From an uncultured Gammaproteobacteria bacterium (lineage in GTDB: Bacteria; Pseudomonadota; Gammaproteobacteria; Tethybacterales; Tethybacteraceae): DNA of 64,000 nt. This document shows, piece by piece, positions 56,026-64,000 of the stretch. Location: assembly GCA_964509765.1 (NCBI GenBank), contig CAZDYI010000105.1, forward strand, positions 1,999 through 65,998, written 5' to 3'. Positions within the stretch are counted from its first letter, which is position 1, and each line of letters begins with the position of its first letter. Both the position numbers and the translations under genes were made by a program. The notes under the pieces were generated by a model. It did no database searches. It was given only the letters and a program-made list of their open reading frames with translations, and was not told where the DNA came from.

Positions 56026-57288
56026 GTGTTCCAGGCTGTCATAAGGCCTGCCGCCTTCGTCTTCGTGGCGGTGATGCTGTTCGCGAGCGGCCACCTGTCG
56101 TCGATCACGCTCGCGACGCTCGTCGCGTCGGACCGCGGCGGGAGCGACGTGGCGGTCGGAATCCTTACCTCGCTTCCGTTCGTCGGGATGTTCTGCGGAA
56201 GCCTCGTCATGCCGCGGCTGCTCGCGCGTACCCGGCACGTGCGCCTGATCGCGCTGTCGACCGCGGGCTGCGGGCTGACGCTCATGTTCCTGCCGCAGAT
56301 CGAGTCGCTGCTCGCGTGGTCCCTTCTCCGCTTCGCGTACGGGGTATTCGCCGCTGCGGTCTGGCTGTGCTTCGACACCTGGATGGCGCACATCGCCGAT
56401 CCGAGCACGAGGGGAAGGACCTTCGCGGTCTACCAGGTCGTTGCGCTCACCGGCATCTCGGTCGGCCAGGTCCTGCTTGTGACCGCCGACGACAACATCG
56501 AACTCGGCTTCGCGATCGCGACCGCTGCCATGGTCGCGGCGGTGATCCCGATCTGCTCGACCAAGCTCGGCGAGCCCGACGTCGGCGAGACCGCGCGCAC
56601 GGTCAGCCTGGCGGAGGCCTGGCGGATGTCGCCGCTGTCCCTGCTCGGCGCTTTCTGCTCGGGGCTGTGCTTCTCGAACTTCGCCTTCGTGCTGCTGAGC
56701 TTCGGCAAGCAGGGCGTCTCGGCCGAGCTGCTTGCCGTCCTCGGCTCGACGATGATGATCGCCGGCATCGCGGGCCAGCTCGGCATAGGCTACCTGTCCG
56801 ACCGCCTCGGCAAGAGAAGGCGCGTCATGCAGGGAACGCTCGCGGTGGTGATCGCTGCGATGGCCGTCGGCATGCTCGCCGGCGCGCAGAGCTGGCCCTT
56901 GGCGGTCGCGCTCGGCGCGCTTTACTGGGGCCTGCTGGTAACCATCTACCCGATCAGCCTCGCGATCGGAGGCGACCTGATCTCGAAGGAGAACTACCAG
57001 CCGTTCGCGGCCAAGGCGTTCCTGTGCATCCAGTCCGGCTTCATGGTTGGCCCGCTTGTGTGCGGCGCGATCATGGTCTTCATGCCGACGACCGGCCCGT
57101 TCGTGTTCCTGCTCTCCGTGCTGAGCGCCCTGCTTGCGCTCTCCTACTCGCGCCGGGTGATGGCGATGCACACCCCGGCGACATCCGAGGACATCCAGCC
57201 GATGGCGGTGATCGGGGTCAACCCCGGCATCGTGGACCCGCGCTCGGACCCAGAAGGCGGCGCCGGCGAAGGCGGCGGGCAGGAATAG
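56026..57288 (+). CDS. MFS transporter, substrate unknown
   Basis: 420 aa with about 12 TM segments and an MFS loop motif (GYLSDRLGKRR). Confidence 0.75.
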   Translation: MFQAVIRPAAFVFVAVMLFASGHLSSITLATLVASDRGGSDVAVGILTSLPFVGMFCGSLVMPRLLARTRHVRLIALSTAGCGLTLMFLPQIESLLAWSLLRFAYGVFAAAVWLCFDTWMAHIADPSTRGRTFAVYQVVALTGISVGQVLLVTADDNIELGFAIATAAMVAAVIPICSTKLGEPDVGETARTVSLAEAWRMSPLSLLGAFCSGLCFSNFAFVLLSFGKQGVSAELLAVLGSTMMIAGIAGQLGIGYLSDRLGKRRRVMQGTLAVVIAAMAVGMLAGAQSWPLAVALGALYWGLLVTIYPISLAIGGDLISKENYQPFAAKAFLCIQSGFMVGPLVCGAIMVFMPTTGPFVFLLSVLSALLALSYSRRVMAMHTPATSEDIQPMAVIGVNPGIVDPRSDPEGGAGEGGGQE

Positions 57289-57291
57289 AAT
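57286..57291 (+). promoter_or_regulatory. -10-like TAGAAT box 11 nt upstream of the gatC ATG; its TAG is the MFS stop codon
   Basis: Sequence is ATAGAATCCCGCCTTTCCATG, with no SD. Confidence 0.35.
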
Positions 57292-57302
57292 CCCGCCTTT
57301 CC

Positions 57303-57584
57303 ATGCCGCTTAAGGACGACGAGCTCAGGCAGCTTGCGCACCTGTCGCGCCTTGAGCTCGACGAGGCGGAATCGCAGAGGCTCAAGAAGGACCTCGAGCG
57401 GATGATGGACATGGTCCGCCACGTACAGGAGGTCGACACCTCGGCGCTCGAGGGCGTTGCGCACGTACACGGCGGCGACCAGCCGCTGCGCGAGGACGAG
57501 GCGAAGCCGGCGCCGGGCAACCTCGCCGAGGCGGCCGCGGAGAACCGGGGCGGCCACGTTGTCGTCCCGAAGGTAATACCCTGA
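57303..57584 (+). CDS. gatC: Asp/Glu-tRNA amidotransferase subunit C
   Basis: 93 aa (LAHLSRLELDEAESQRLKKDLERMMDMV). Confidence 0.9.
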   Translation: MPLKDDELRQLAHLSRLELDEAESQRLKKDLERMMDMVRHVQEVDTSALEGVAHVHGGDQPLREDEAKPAPGNLAEAAAENRGGHVVVPKVIP

Positions 57585-57585
57585 G

Positions 57586-59028
57586 TTGCGCCTCGCAGCG
57601 CAGGCAGCCGCCCTGCGGGGGCGGAAGAGTTCCGTCGCCGAGGCGGTCTCGGAGGCCGAGGGGAAGATTTCCGCCGCCAAGGACCTGAACGCTTTCATCA
57701 CCGTCCGCGCTGACGCGGCGAAGGCGGATGCGGAATCCGCCCAGGAAAAGATCGACGGCGGGGACGCCTCGCCCCTTTGCGGGATACCGATAGCGGTCAA
57801 GGACGTGTTCATGACCAAGGGCGACCGCACCACGTGCGCGTCGCAGATCCTCGCGGACTACGTGTCCCCTTACGAGTCCCACGTGTCCGGCCTGCTCAAG
57901 GAGGCGGGGGCGGTCTGCGTCGGCAAGAGCAACATGGACGAGTTCGCTATGGGCACGACCGGGGAGAACTCATCGTTCGGCCCGACGCTCAACCCGTGGG
58001 ACACGGGCCGCTCGCCCGGCGGGAGCTCAAGCGGCTCGGCGGTCGCGGTCGCGGCCGGGATCGTCGCCGCGGCGATCGGGACCGACACCGGCGGTTCTGT
58101 GCGCATGCCCGCGGCGTACTGCGGGATCTGCGGGATCAAGCCGACCTACGGCCTGGCCTCGCGCCGCGGGATGGTCGCATACGCATCGAGCCTCGACCAG
58201 GCCGGCGCGTTCGCAACCTCCGCCGCGGACCTGCGCACGGTGCTCGGCGCGATGGTCGGCCACGACCCGCTGGACTCGACCTCCCTTACCGAACCCGTCG
58301 ACCTCGAAGCGGAGTTCACCGAGGACGACGCGAAAGGAATCCGCGTCGGCATCGCGGAGGAGTTCTTCGCGGCCGGCGTCGAGGACGGCGTGGCGGAGCG
58401 GGTCCGGGAGGCCGTCACGGCCATCGAGGGTCTCGGGGCTACGGTCGTCGAGGTGTCGGTCCCCCGCCTCAGCCATGCGATACCCGCCTACTACATCATC
58501 GCCTGCGCCGAGGCGTCTAGCAACCTCGCCCGCTACGACGGGCTGCTGTACGGAACACGCGCCGAGGCCGACGATCTCACCGCGTGCGTCGAGCGCGCGC
58601 GCTCGAAGGGCTTCGGCGACGAGGTCCAGAGGCGGATACTGCTCGGCTCGTTCGTCCTCTCGCACGGCTTCGTCGACGCCTACTACCGCCAGGCGCAGAA
58701 GATCAGGAGGCTGTTGATGCAGGACTTCGAGGCGGCGTTCGGCGAGTGCGACATGATCGCGACCCCCGCCGCGCCAACGGTCGCGCCGAAGCTCGGCGCC
58801 TTTGCCGACGATCCCGTCCTGATGTACAGCCAGGACATCTGCACGGCCCCCGTCAACCTCGCGGGCCTGCCCGCGGTCGCGGTGCCCTGCGGGCTTTCGG
58901 ACGGGCTGCCTGCCGGGCTGCAGCTGATCGGCCCGCGCATGTCCGAGCGCCGCCTGCTCGGAATCTGCGAGCTGTACCAGTCGCGGACCGGCTTCCACGA
59001 GCTCGTTCCCCCGGGGGCGGTGCAGTGA
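57586..59028 (+). CDS. gatA: Asp/Glu-tRNA amidotransferase subunit A
   Basis: 480 aa, TTG start, with the amidase signature (GGSSSGSAVAVAAG, GTDTGGSVRMPAAYCG). Confidence 0.93.
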   Translation: MRLAAQAAALRGRKSSVAEAVSEAEGKISAAKDLNAFITVRADAAKADAESAQEKIDGGDASPLCGIPIAVKDVFMTKGDRTTCASQILADYVSPYESHVSGLLKEAGAVCVGKSNMDEFAMGTTGENSSFGPTLNPWDTGRSPGGSSSGSAVAVAAGIVAAAIGTDTGGSVRMPAAYCGICGIKPTYGLASRRGMVAYASSLDQAGAFATSAADLRTVLGAMVGHDPLDSTSLTEPVDLEAEFTEDDAKGIRVGIAEEFFAAGVEDGVAERVREAVTAIEGLGATVVEVSVPRLSHAIPAYYIIACAEASSNLARYDGLLYGTRAEADDLTACVERARSKGFGDEVQRRILLGSFVLSHGFVDAYYRQAQKIRRLLMQDFEAAFGECDMIATPAAPTVAPKLGAFADDPVLMYSQDICTAPVNLAGLPAVAVPCGLSDGLPAGLQLIGPRMSERRLLGICELYQSRTGFHELVPPGAVQ

Positions 59029-60491
59029 GCGTTTCGGACTGGCAGATGGTGATCGGCATCGAGACCCACATCCAGCTGAACACCAGGTCGAAGATGTTCT
59101 CGGAGTCGCCCGCGAGCTACTGCGAGCGGCCGAACGAGAACGCCAACGAGCTGGACTTCGGCCTGCCGGGCACCCTGCCGGTCGCCAACCGCGAGGCGGT
59201 CGACAAGGCGATAACCTTCGGCCTAGCGGTCGGAGGCAGGGTCGCGCGCGAGTCGGAGTTCGCGCGCAAGCACTACTTCTACCCGGACCTGCCGAAGGGC
59301 TACCAGATCAGCCAGTTCGACCACCCGGTGGTCGAGGGCGGCAAGGTCACGGTCAACAACGTGCACGACTCGTTCAAGGTGCCGCTCGTCCGCGCCCACC
59401 TCGAGGAGGACGCGGGCCGCCTGCTGCACGACGTCTCTCCGGACTCGAGCGTGGTCGACCTCAACCGCGCCGGCGTTCCCCTGCTCGAGATCGTCTCCGA
59501 ACCCGCGCTGCGCACCGCGGCCGACGCGCGCGACTACGGCCGGGCGCTGCGCGAGCTCGTGTGCTGGCTCGACATCTGCGACGGCAACATGCAGGAGGGA
59601 TCGATTCGCTTCGACGTCAACCTGTCGCTGCGGCGCGGGCCCGACGACGAGATGGGCACGCGCACCGAGACCAAGAACCTCAACTCGTTCCGCTTCATGG
59701 AGCAGGCGATCGAGTACGAGGCCGCGCGCCAGGCGGCGATCCTCGACGAGGGCGGGACGATAGTCCAGGAGACCCGGCTGTTCGACTCGGTCTCCGGCGA
59801 GACCCGGTCGATGCGCACCAAGGAGGACTCCGAAGACTACCGCTACGTTCCCGATCCGGACCTGCTGCCGTTGCGCATAAGCGAGAAGTGGATCGAGGGC
59901 TGCAGGGAGAGGATGCCCGAGCTGCCGAGCGACTGCCGCCTGCGCTTCATCAACGAGATCGGGCTCTCCGAGTACGACGCCATAGTCCTGACCGCCGACC
60001 GCGGGACCGCGGACTACTTCGGCGAGGTCGCGGAGCTGTGCGGCGACGCAAAGGCCGCGGCAAACTGGATCTCGGGCGACCTGACGGCCCTGTGCAAGGA
60101 GCGCAAGGCTGAGGTGTCCTCATCGCCGCTTACCCCGCCGCGGCTCGCGTCGCTCATCAAGCGGGTGTCCGACGGGACCATCTCGGGCAAGATGGGCAAG
60201 GACCTCATGGAGAAGATGTGGGACAGCGGTGATGACGCCGACGCGATCATCGACCGCGAGGGCATGCGCCAGATCAGCGACACAGGAGAGCTTGAGGCGA
60301 TAATGGAGGGGATCATCGCGGACAATCCCAAGCAGGTCGAGCAGTACCGCTCCGGCAAGACGAAGATACTCGGCTACTTCGTCGGCCAGGCCATGAAGGC
60401 GACCAAGGGCAAGGGCGACCCGCGCATGCTCGACGAGATGGCGCGCAGGATGCTAGGCGAAGCCAACAGCGGAGACGGCAAAGATGGGTGA
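59025..60491 (+). CDS. gatB: Asp/Glu-tRNA amidotransferase subunit B
   Basis: 488 aa from GTG 59025, with GTGA overlap to the gatA stop (VIGIETHIQLNT, HLEEDAGRLLHD, FDVNLSLR). Confidence 0.93.
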   Translation: MSVSDWQMVIGIETHIQLNTRSKMFSESPASYCERPNENANELDFGLPGTLPVANREAVDKAITFGLAVGGRVARESEFARKHYFYPDLPKGYQISQFDHPVVEGGKVTVNNVHDSFKVPLVRAHLEEDAGRLLHDVSPDSSVVDLNRAGVPLLEIVSEPALRTAADARDYGRALRELVCWLDICDGNMQEGSIRFDVNLSLRRGPDDEMGTRTETKNLNSFRFMEQAIEYEAARQAAILDEGGTIVQETRLFDSVSGETRSMRTKEDSEDYRYVPDPDLLPLRISEKWIEGCRERMPELPSDCRLRFINEIGLSEYDAIVLTADRGTADYFGEVAELCGDAKAAANWISGDLTALCKERKAEVSSSPLTPPRLASLIKRVSDGTISGKMGKDLMEKMWDSGDDADAIIDREGMRQISDTGELEAIMEGIIADNPKQVEQYRSGKTKILGYFVGQAMKATKGKGDPRMLDEMARRMLGEANSGDGKDG

Positions 60492-61524
60492 CGACGCACC
60501 GGAGCTTTCCGGCCACGAGGACTTCAACCCGCCCGAAGGGTACCGTTGCGAGTGGGTCGACACCAGGACCGGGCGGATGCGCTGCGCGGTCTGGGACGCC
60601 ACCGGCCCTCAGGCTGGCCGCGGGACGGTAGTGATCTCGCACGGCCTCAGCGAGCACATCGAGAAGTACAGCGAGGTCGTCGAGAAGCTCCTCTCGCGCG
60701 GCCTTGCCGTAGCGATGATGGACTGGCCCGGCCACGGAAGGTCAGCGCCCTGCCCCAAGGCGCGCAAGGAGGACTTCAAGGCCTACGACGAGGCCTTCGC
60801 CGACTTCATGGAGCAGAAGGTGGTTGCCGACCTGCCCGAGCCGCGCGTGATAATCGGGCACTCGATGGGAGGCTGCCTAGCCCTCTGCGCTGTCCACGAC
60901 CACCCGGAGTGGTTCGCGGGATGCGTCCTCTCCTCGCCGCTCATCGGCTCCAAGGCCGTCAAGCAGGCAACGCTCCTTCCGCACCTGAGCAAGGGGATGG
61001 CGCTGCTGCCGGACAAGCTCAGGAGCAAGATAAACGAGAAGAAGCGGTTCGACGGGCAGTTCACTGCGGACAAGGCGAGGTTCGAGCGGAACCAGGCATT
61101 GCTCAAGGCGCACAAGGACCTCACCCCGAGCTACGACTTCGTGTTCTGGTTCAGCAGCATGAACAAGAGGCTCGAGTCGATGAAGTCCTCGGAATGGCTA
61201 TCAGCAGTCAAGACGCCCACCCTGTTCCTGCTTGCAGGATCAGACTCCCTTGTGGACAACGACGCTGCCATCTCCGCCGCAACCCAGATCGAGGGGGCCG
61301 AGTTCACCATGCTCGACAACGCCTGGCACGAGCTGCTGATGGAGCGGGAGACGGTGCAGCTGCCGTTGTGGGAAAGCATCGACGGGTTTCTCGCCAAGCA
61401 CGCGCCGATGGAGCTTGCGTCCTCCGGACCCTCTGAGGGGCCCTCTGACCAAGCACAACCCGAAGAACCTTCCGCTCCGGATCAACCTTTCATTCCGCCA
61501 ACTCCCGACAAGCTGGTGATGTAA
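60484..61524 (+). CDS. Alpha/beta hydrolase (lysophospholipase/monoacylglycerol lipase-like)
   Basis: 346 aa with HG oxyanion motif (ISHGLSEH) and nucleophile elbow GHSMGG. Its start overlaps the gatB end (ATGGGTGA). Pro/Ser/Glu-rich C-terminal tail. Confidence 0.8.
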   Translation: MGDDAPELSGHEDFNPPEGYRCEWVDTRTGRMRCAVWDATGPQAGRGTVVISHGLSEHIEKYSEVVEKLLSRGLAVAMMDWPGHGRSAPCPKARKEDFKAYDEAFADFMEQKVVADLPEPRVIIGHSMGGCLALCAVHDHPEWFAGCVLSSPLIGSKAVKQATLLPHLSKGMALLPDKLRSKINEKKRFDGQFTADKARFERNQALLKAHKDLTPSYDFVFWFSSMNKRLESMKSSEWLSAVKTPTLFLLAGSDSLVDNDAAISAATQIEGAEFTMLDNAWHELLMERETVQLPLWESIDGFLAKHAPMELASSGPSEGPSDQAQPEEPSAPDQPFIPPTPDKLVM

Positions 61525-64000
61525 TATATTTCGATGGCGATAATCCGAACATTCTACATGTTTCTTAGTATTGAGTTCGAATTGTTATTCCGCCATGAAC
61601 TAAATATTTCGTGTCATATCCCACATGATCAATTTCAATCCTAGTCAGTGAATAGCAAATCCAATAGTTGCGCTTTCCATTCATTTTCAAAGATTATGCG
61701 AAATGTCATAGGTGAATACACTCCGTTATTGAATACATCTGTGTCTTTGGTTTTCTTTACGCGGACTGCCTTCTCAAGCGCACCCATCAATTTTGATTTA
61801 TATTCTGTATCCTCATTCCCTTTCAGGTGACTGCCTTTGGTCTCCAGAATAAGCAATATATTGTCTTTTCGACATACCAAGAAATCTGGATATACGCGAT
61901 GAGCCCTCCATCCCTGAATTGAGTATCCCTGCCGAGCCGCTATCCTATGCCACCATGAAATCGCTTCTGCTTCTTCTAAGTACAACGCAAATGCCTTTTC
62001 TAAGCTGTTATATTCGTTTTCGTACTCGATCTCAAACAGGCTTCGTTGAATCTCTGTTCCTGTCTCTTTCTGTAAGCCCCTTGCACCTTTAGGTACCAAG
62101 ACTTCAAATGAATTCTGAATTTTGTAATTTAATTGTGGGTTGGTCTGCAGATGGAAACATATTTCCTTGCTATTCACCTTGTCAATAAACACTTTTTCTG
62201 CTTGTCCGTCAATTGCCCTTTCAACTTGTTGGCGTATCATGTCTGATATATACAGACGGTTATTATATAAAATGGATTTGGATATTTTCATTTTCTTGTG
62301 CAATTGGATGTAGCTCTCTGCAATCCGAGCTGCTTGCCATGGATTAGGTACGCAAGATAGATGTCGCGCGAAGTATTTTAGTTGTATTTCATCGTTAGAC
62401 TCAATAACATGACTATGAATTTCCTCTGATCGATTAATATCTACTACAACGGTTGTTAACTGGGTTTGAATACTCTTATCAAGTCGTACCGCCTTTTCTG
62501 CTTTGATGTTTTCCCAGATAATCGAGCTTAGAATGTCACGTTCATAATCTAATTGCCGGTGTGTATTTCCATTAATGTGCAGAACCAGTGGCAGGAAAAT
62601 ATCCAACTTATCATATGCTTTCCTTCGTTTAACAATCGTTTGTGTGATGTTTGAGGCAGTTCCCTTGCCATGTATGAACGATCCTAAACCTGTAAGGCCT
62701 TCGTTTTCCAAACCACTTTTTATCTGGTTTACAACACTAGTGACGTCTTGGTTATAGCTATATATGTAGCAGCGATTTAGCAATGAATTCTCATCACTAA
62801 TCTTCTGCGCCTGTGGTTGGCGCATAACACGGCCGACCATCTGAGTTAATGCAGTAGCAGCACTTGTGTTGTCAAGTAATACCAGAACATAGGCAAAAGA
62901 GCAATCCCAACCTTCTTTCAGCGCATCTTTTGAAATTATCCATCGGACTTGGCTATTATCCGAGAGTAAATCTTCACCAGCAAGCTCTTGATTTTCCGAT
63001 GATTGAACTCGAATGTACCTCTCTGGTACAGAAAGATTGTTGATTAAAAATGACCGAACATCTTCTGCATGTATACGCCCTGTACCCAGTTGTTTCTTCC
63101 CAGTCTGCTGAACGCGAACGACAGCAATAGGCCGTATGTATCGTCCCTCGGCTGAATATAGTTTATCAGAAGCTTTTGATAGCTGTTGTAATTTATTTTT
63201 TGATGCTGATAACGTATTTTGCCAGTCAGTATCATGCAAGAAGGATACCTCCATGGGAAGTTTGATCATCTCTTCCTGAAGCAATTCTACTCCAGATATA
63301 TTTACCAACAGATTGCTTATTCCAGCTTTAGGTGTTGCCGAGAGCTCCAAGACATGGCTGGGGTTGATCTTGTTGACTGAAGAAACAAATTCTTGTATGG
63401 CATTATCGTTTCTCCCATATGCCTTGTGCGCCTCATCAAGTATTACTATTGGACGAATCAACTTCAATGTATTTATCAGGCTTTGCTTTACTCGCCCGTC
63501 GTTAGTGCATTCTAGATCTCTATGAATGTCCTTGAATTTAGAATGGCCTTCATTATCATCAGCTTGAGGGAAAAACGAGCTGTAGTCACCACTATCTCGA
63601 AAGATTTTCAGAAATTCCGTGTTTTTTCTCCGGTTAGCAGAGGGCAACATCAGCAACATGACACAAATATAATTGTTAATGTCGTCCTTTTCGAAAGTAT
63701 CTTGCTTTTCAAGTATCCTAATTTTATCGTGACCACCTACAAGTTGGTTCAAATGCTGCCGGTAAGGATGCTCACGCGTGCGGAAAGCCTTTAGTGATTG
63801 TTCATAAATCGCTTTGGTAGGCACAATCCACAATACGAATCCGTTCCCAGGAAGAAGTTGCCCTAATGAGGCAACTCCTAGCAATGTCTTGCCACCCCCA
63901 GTTGGCACCTTCATGCAAACATGTGGGATTGACCCACCGCTATCTGCTGTACGCTCGACGTATTCGGGCATCAATGATGCCATCTCACCTTCGACTATAG
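61525..64000. other. Low-G+C compositional island (putative horizontally acquired DNA), continues past the window end
   Basis: Sampled lines give 32-37% G+C versus about 70% immediately to the left. The switch is abrupt, at the stop codon of the hydrolase gene. Confidence 0.75.
61641..63983 (-). CDS. SF2 DEAH-box helicase fused to a C-terminal PD-(D/E)xK-like nuclease (type III restriction Res-like / defence helicase-nuclease); 5' end possibly outside the window
   Basis: At least 780 aa. Walker A KVPTGGGKT (63885-63905), motif II LDEAHK (DEAH at 63426-63437), motif III SAT, motif VI QMVGRVMR (62820-62843). C-terminal YPDF...LILETKG (61836-61889). The frame has no stop between 63984 and 64000, so the true start may lie upstream. 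Confidence 0.8.
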   Translation of the reverse strand: MASLMPEYVERTADSGGSIPHVCMKVPTGGGKTLLGVASLGQLLPGNGFVLWIVPTKAIYEQSLKAFRTREHPYRQHLNQLVGGHDKIRILEKQDTFEKDDINNYICVMLLMLPSANRRKNTEFLKIFRDSGDYSSFFPQADDNEGHSKFKDIHRDLECTNDGRVKQSLINTLKLIRPIVILDEAHKAYGRNDNAIQEFVSSVNKINPSHVLELSATPKAGISNLLVNISGVELLQEEMIKLPMEVSFLHDTDWQNTLSASKNKLQQLSKASDKLYSAEGRYIRPIAVVRVQQTGKKQLGTGRIHAEDVRSFLINNLSVPERYIRVQSSENQELAGEDLLSDNSQVRWIISKDALKEGWDCSFAYVLVLLDNTSAATALTQMVGRVMRQPQAQKISDENSLLNRCYIYSYNQDVTSVVNQIKSGLENEGLTGLGSFIHGKGTASNITQTIVKRRKAYDKLDIFLPLVLHINGNTHRQLDYERDILSSIIWENIKAEKAVRLDKSIQTQLTTVVVDINRSEEIHSHVIESNDEIQLKYFARHLSCVPNPWQAARIAESYIQLHKKMKISKSILYNNRLYISDMIRQQVERAIDGQAEKVFIDKVNSKEICFHLQTNPQLNYKIQNSFEVLVPKGARGLQKETGTEIQRSLFEIEYENEYNSLEKAFALYLEEAEAISWWHRIAARQGYSIQGWRAHRVYPDFLVCRKDNILLILETKGSHLKGNEDTEYKSKLMGALEKAVRVKKTKDTDVFNNGVYSPMTFRIIFENEWKAQLLDLLFTD

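Noticed and set aside
61558-61644. 28-codon plus-strand ORF (MFLSIEFELLFRHELNISCHIPHDQFQS) in the AT-rich spacer at the edge of the second island.
   Set aside because: It has no SD or promoter context, it overlaps the helicase stop codon, and short ORFs are expected by chance in AT-rich DNA.

Overview
High-G+C chromosome segment; sampled 60-nt lines in core genes give about 70% G+C. Gene order looks gammaproteobacterial (inference from synteny): ribB-ribH-nusB, tesA/ybbA-ybbP, rpsP-rimM-trmD-rplS, pepP-ubiH, rpmF-plsX-fabH-fabD, selU/selD, carAB-greA, dprA/def-fmt, yebC-ruvC-ruvA and gatCAB. I support about 58 protein genes, nearly all housekeeping, plus 2 tRNAs (CAU and Arg-CCU). I saw no rRNA, CRISPR array, transposase or integrase. 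The many long Arg/Pro/Gly-rich ORFs antisense to real genes are high-GC artefacts. Two compositional islands are the accessory content. (1) 24336-27600 (sampled lines 42-48% G+C) lies between trpE and fabD and splits the fab cluster. It carries a divergent pair: a membrane-anchored protein with about 12 ankyrin repeats and a DUF898/YjgN-type polytopic membrane protein, with an 18-bp near-palindrome between them. (2) 61525-64000 (sampled lines 32-37% G+C) carries an SF2 DEAH helicase fused to a C-terminal PD-(D/E)xK-like nuclease, resembling a type III restriction Res subunit. Its reading frame is still open at the window edge, so any partner genes are out of view. These two islands are the best candidates for undescribed biology, but neither can be assigned to a known system from sequence alone. 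In the core, the main recurring signal is a rare -10-like box, TAGAAT, often as TAGAATCC(C)GC. I found it at least ten times directly upstream of genes, frequently 9-12 nt from a start codon with no Shine-Dalgarno, which suggests widespread short-leader or leaderless transcription. Other oddities are a roughly 225-aa N-terminal extension and a six-Cys cluster in RpoD, an Ala/Glu/Pro-rich tail on S16 overlapped by the rimM start, a GAF-HD-GYP gene at the end of the trmD-rplS operon, and a tRNA-Arg that overlaps the 3' end of fmt.
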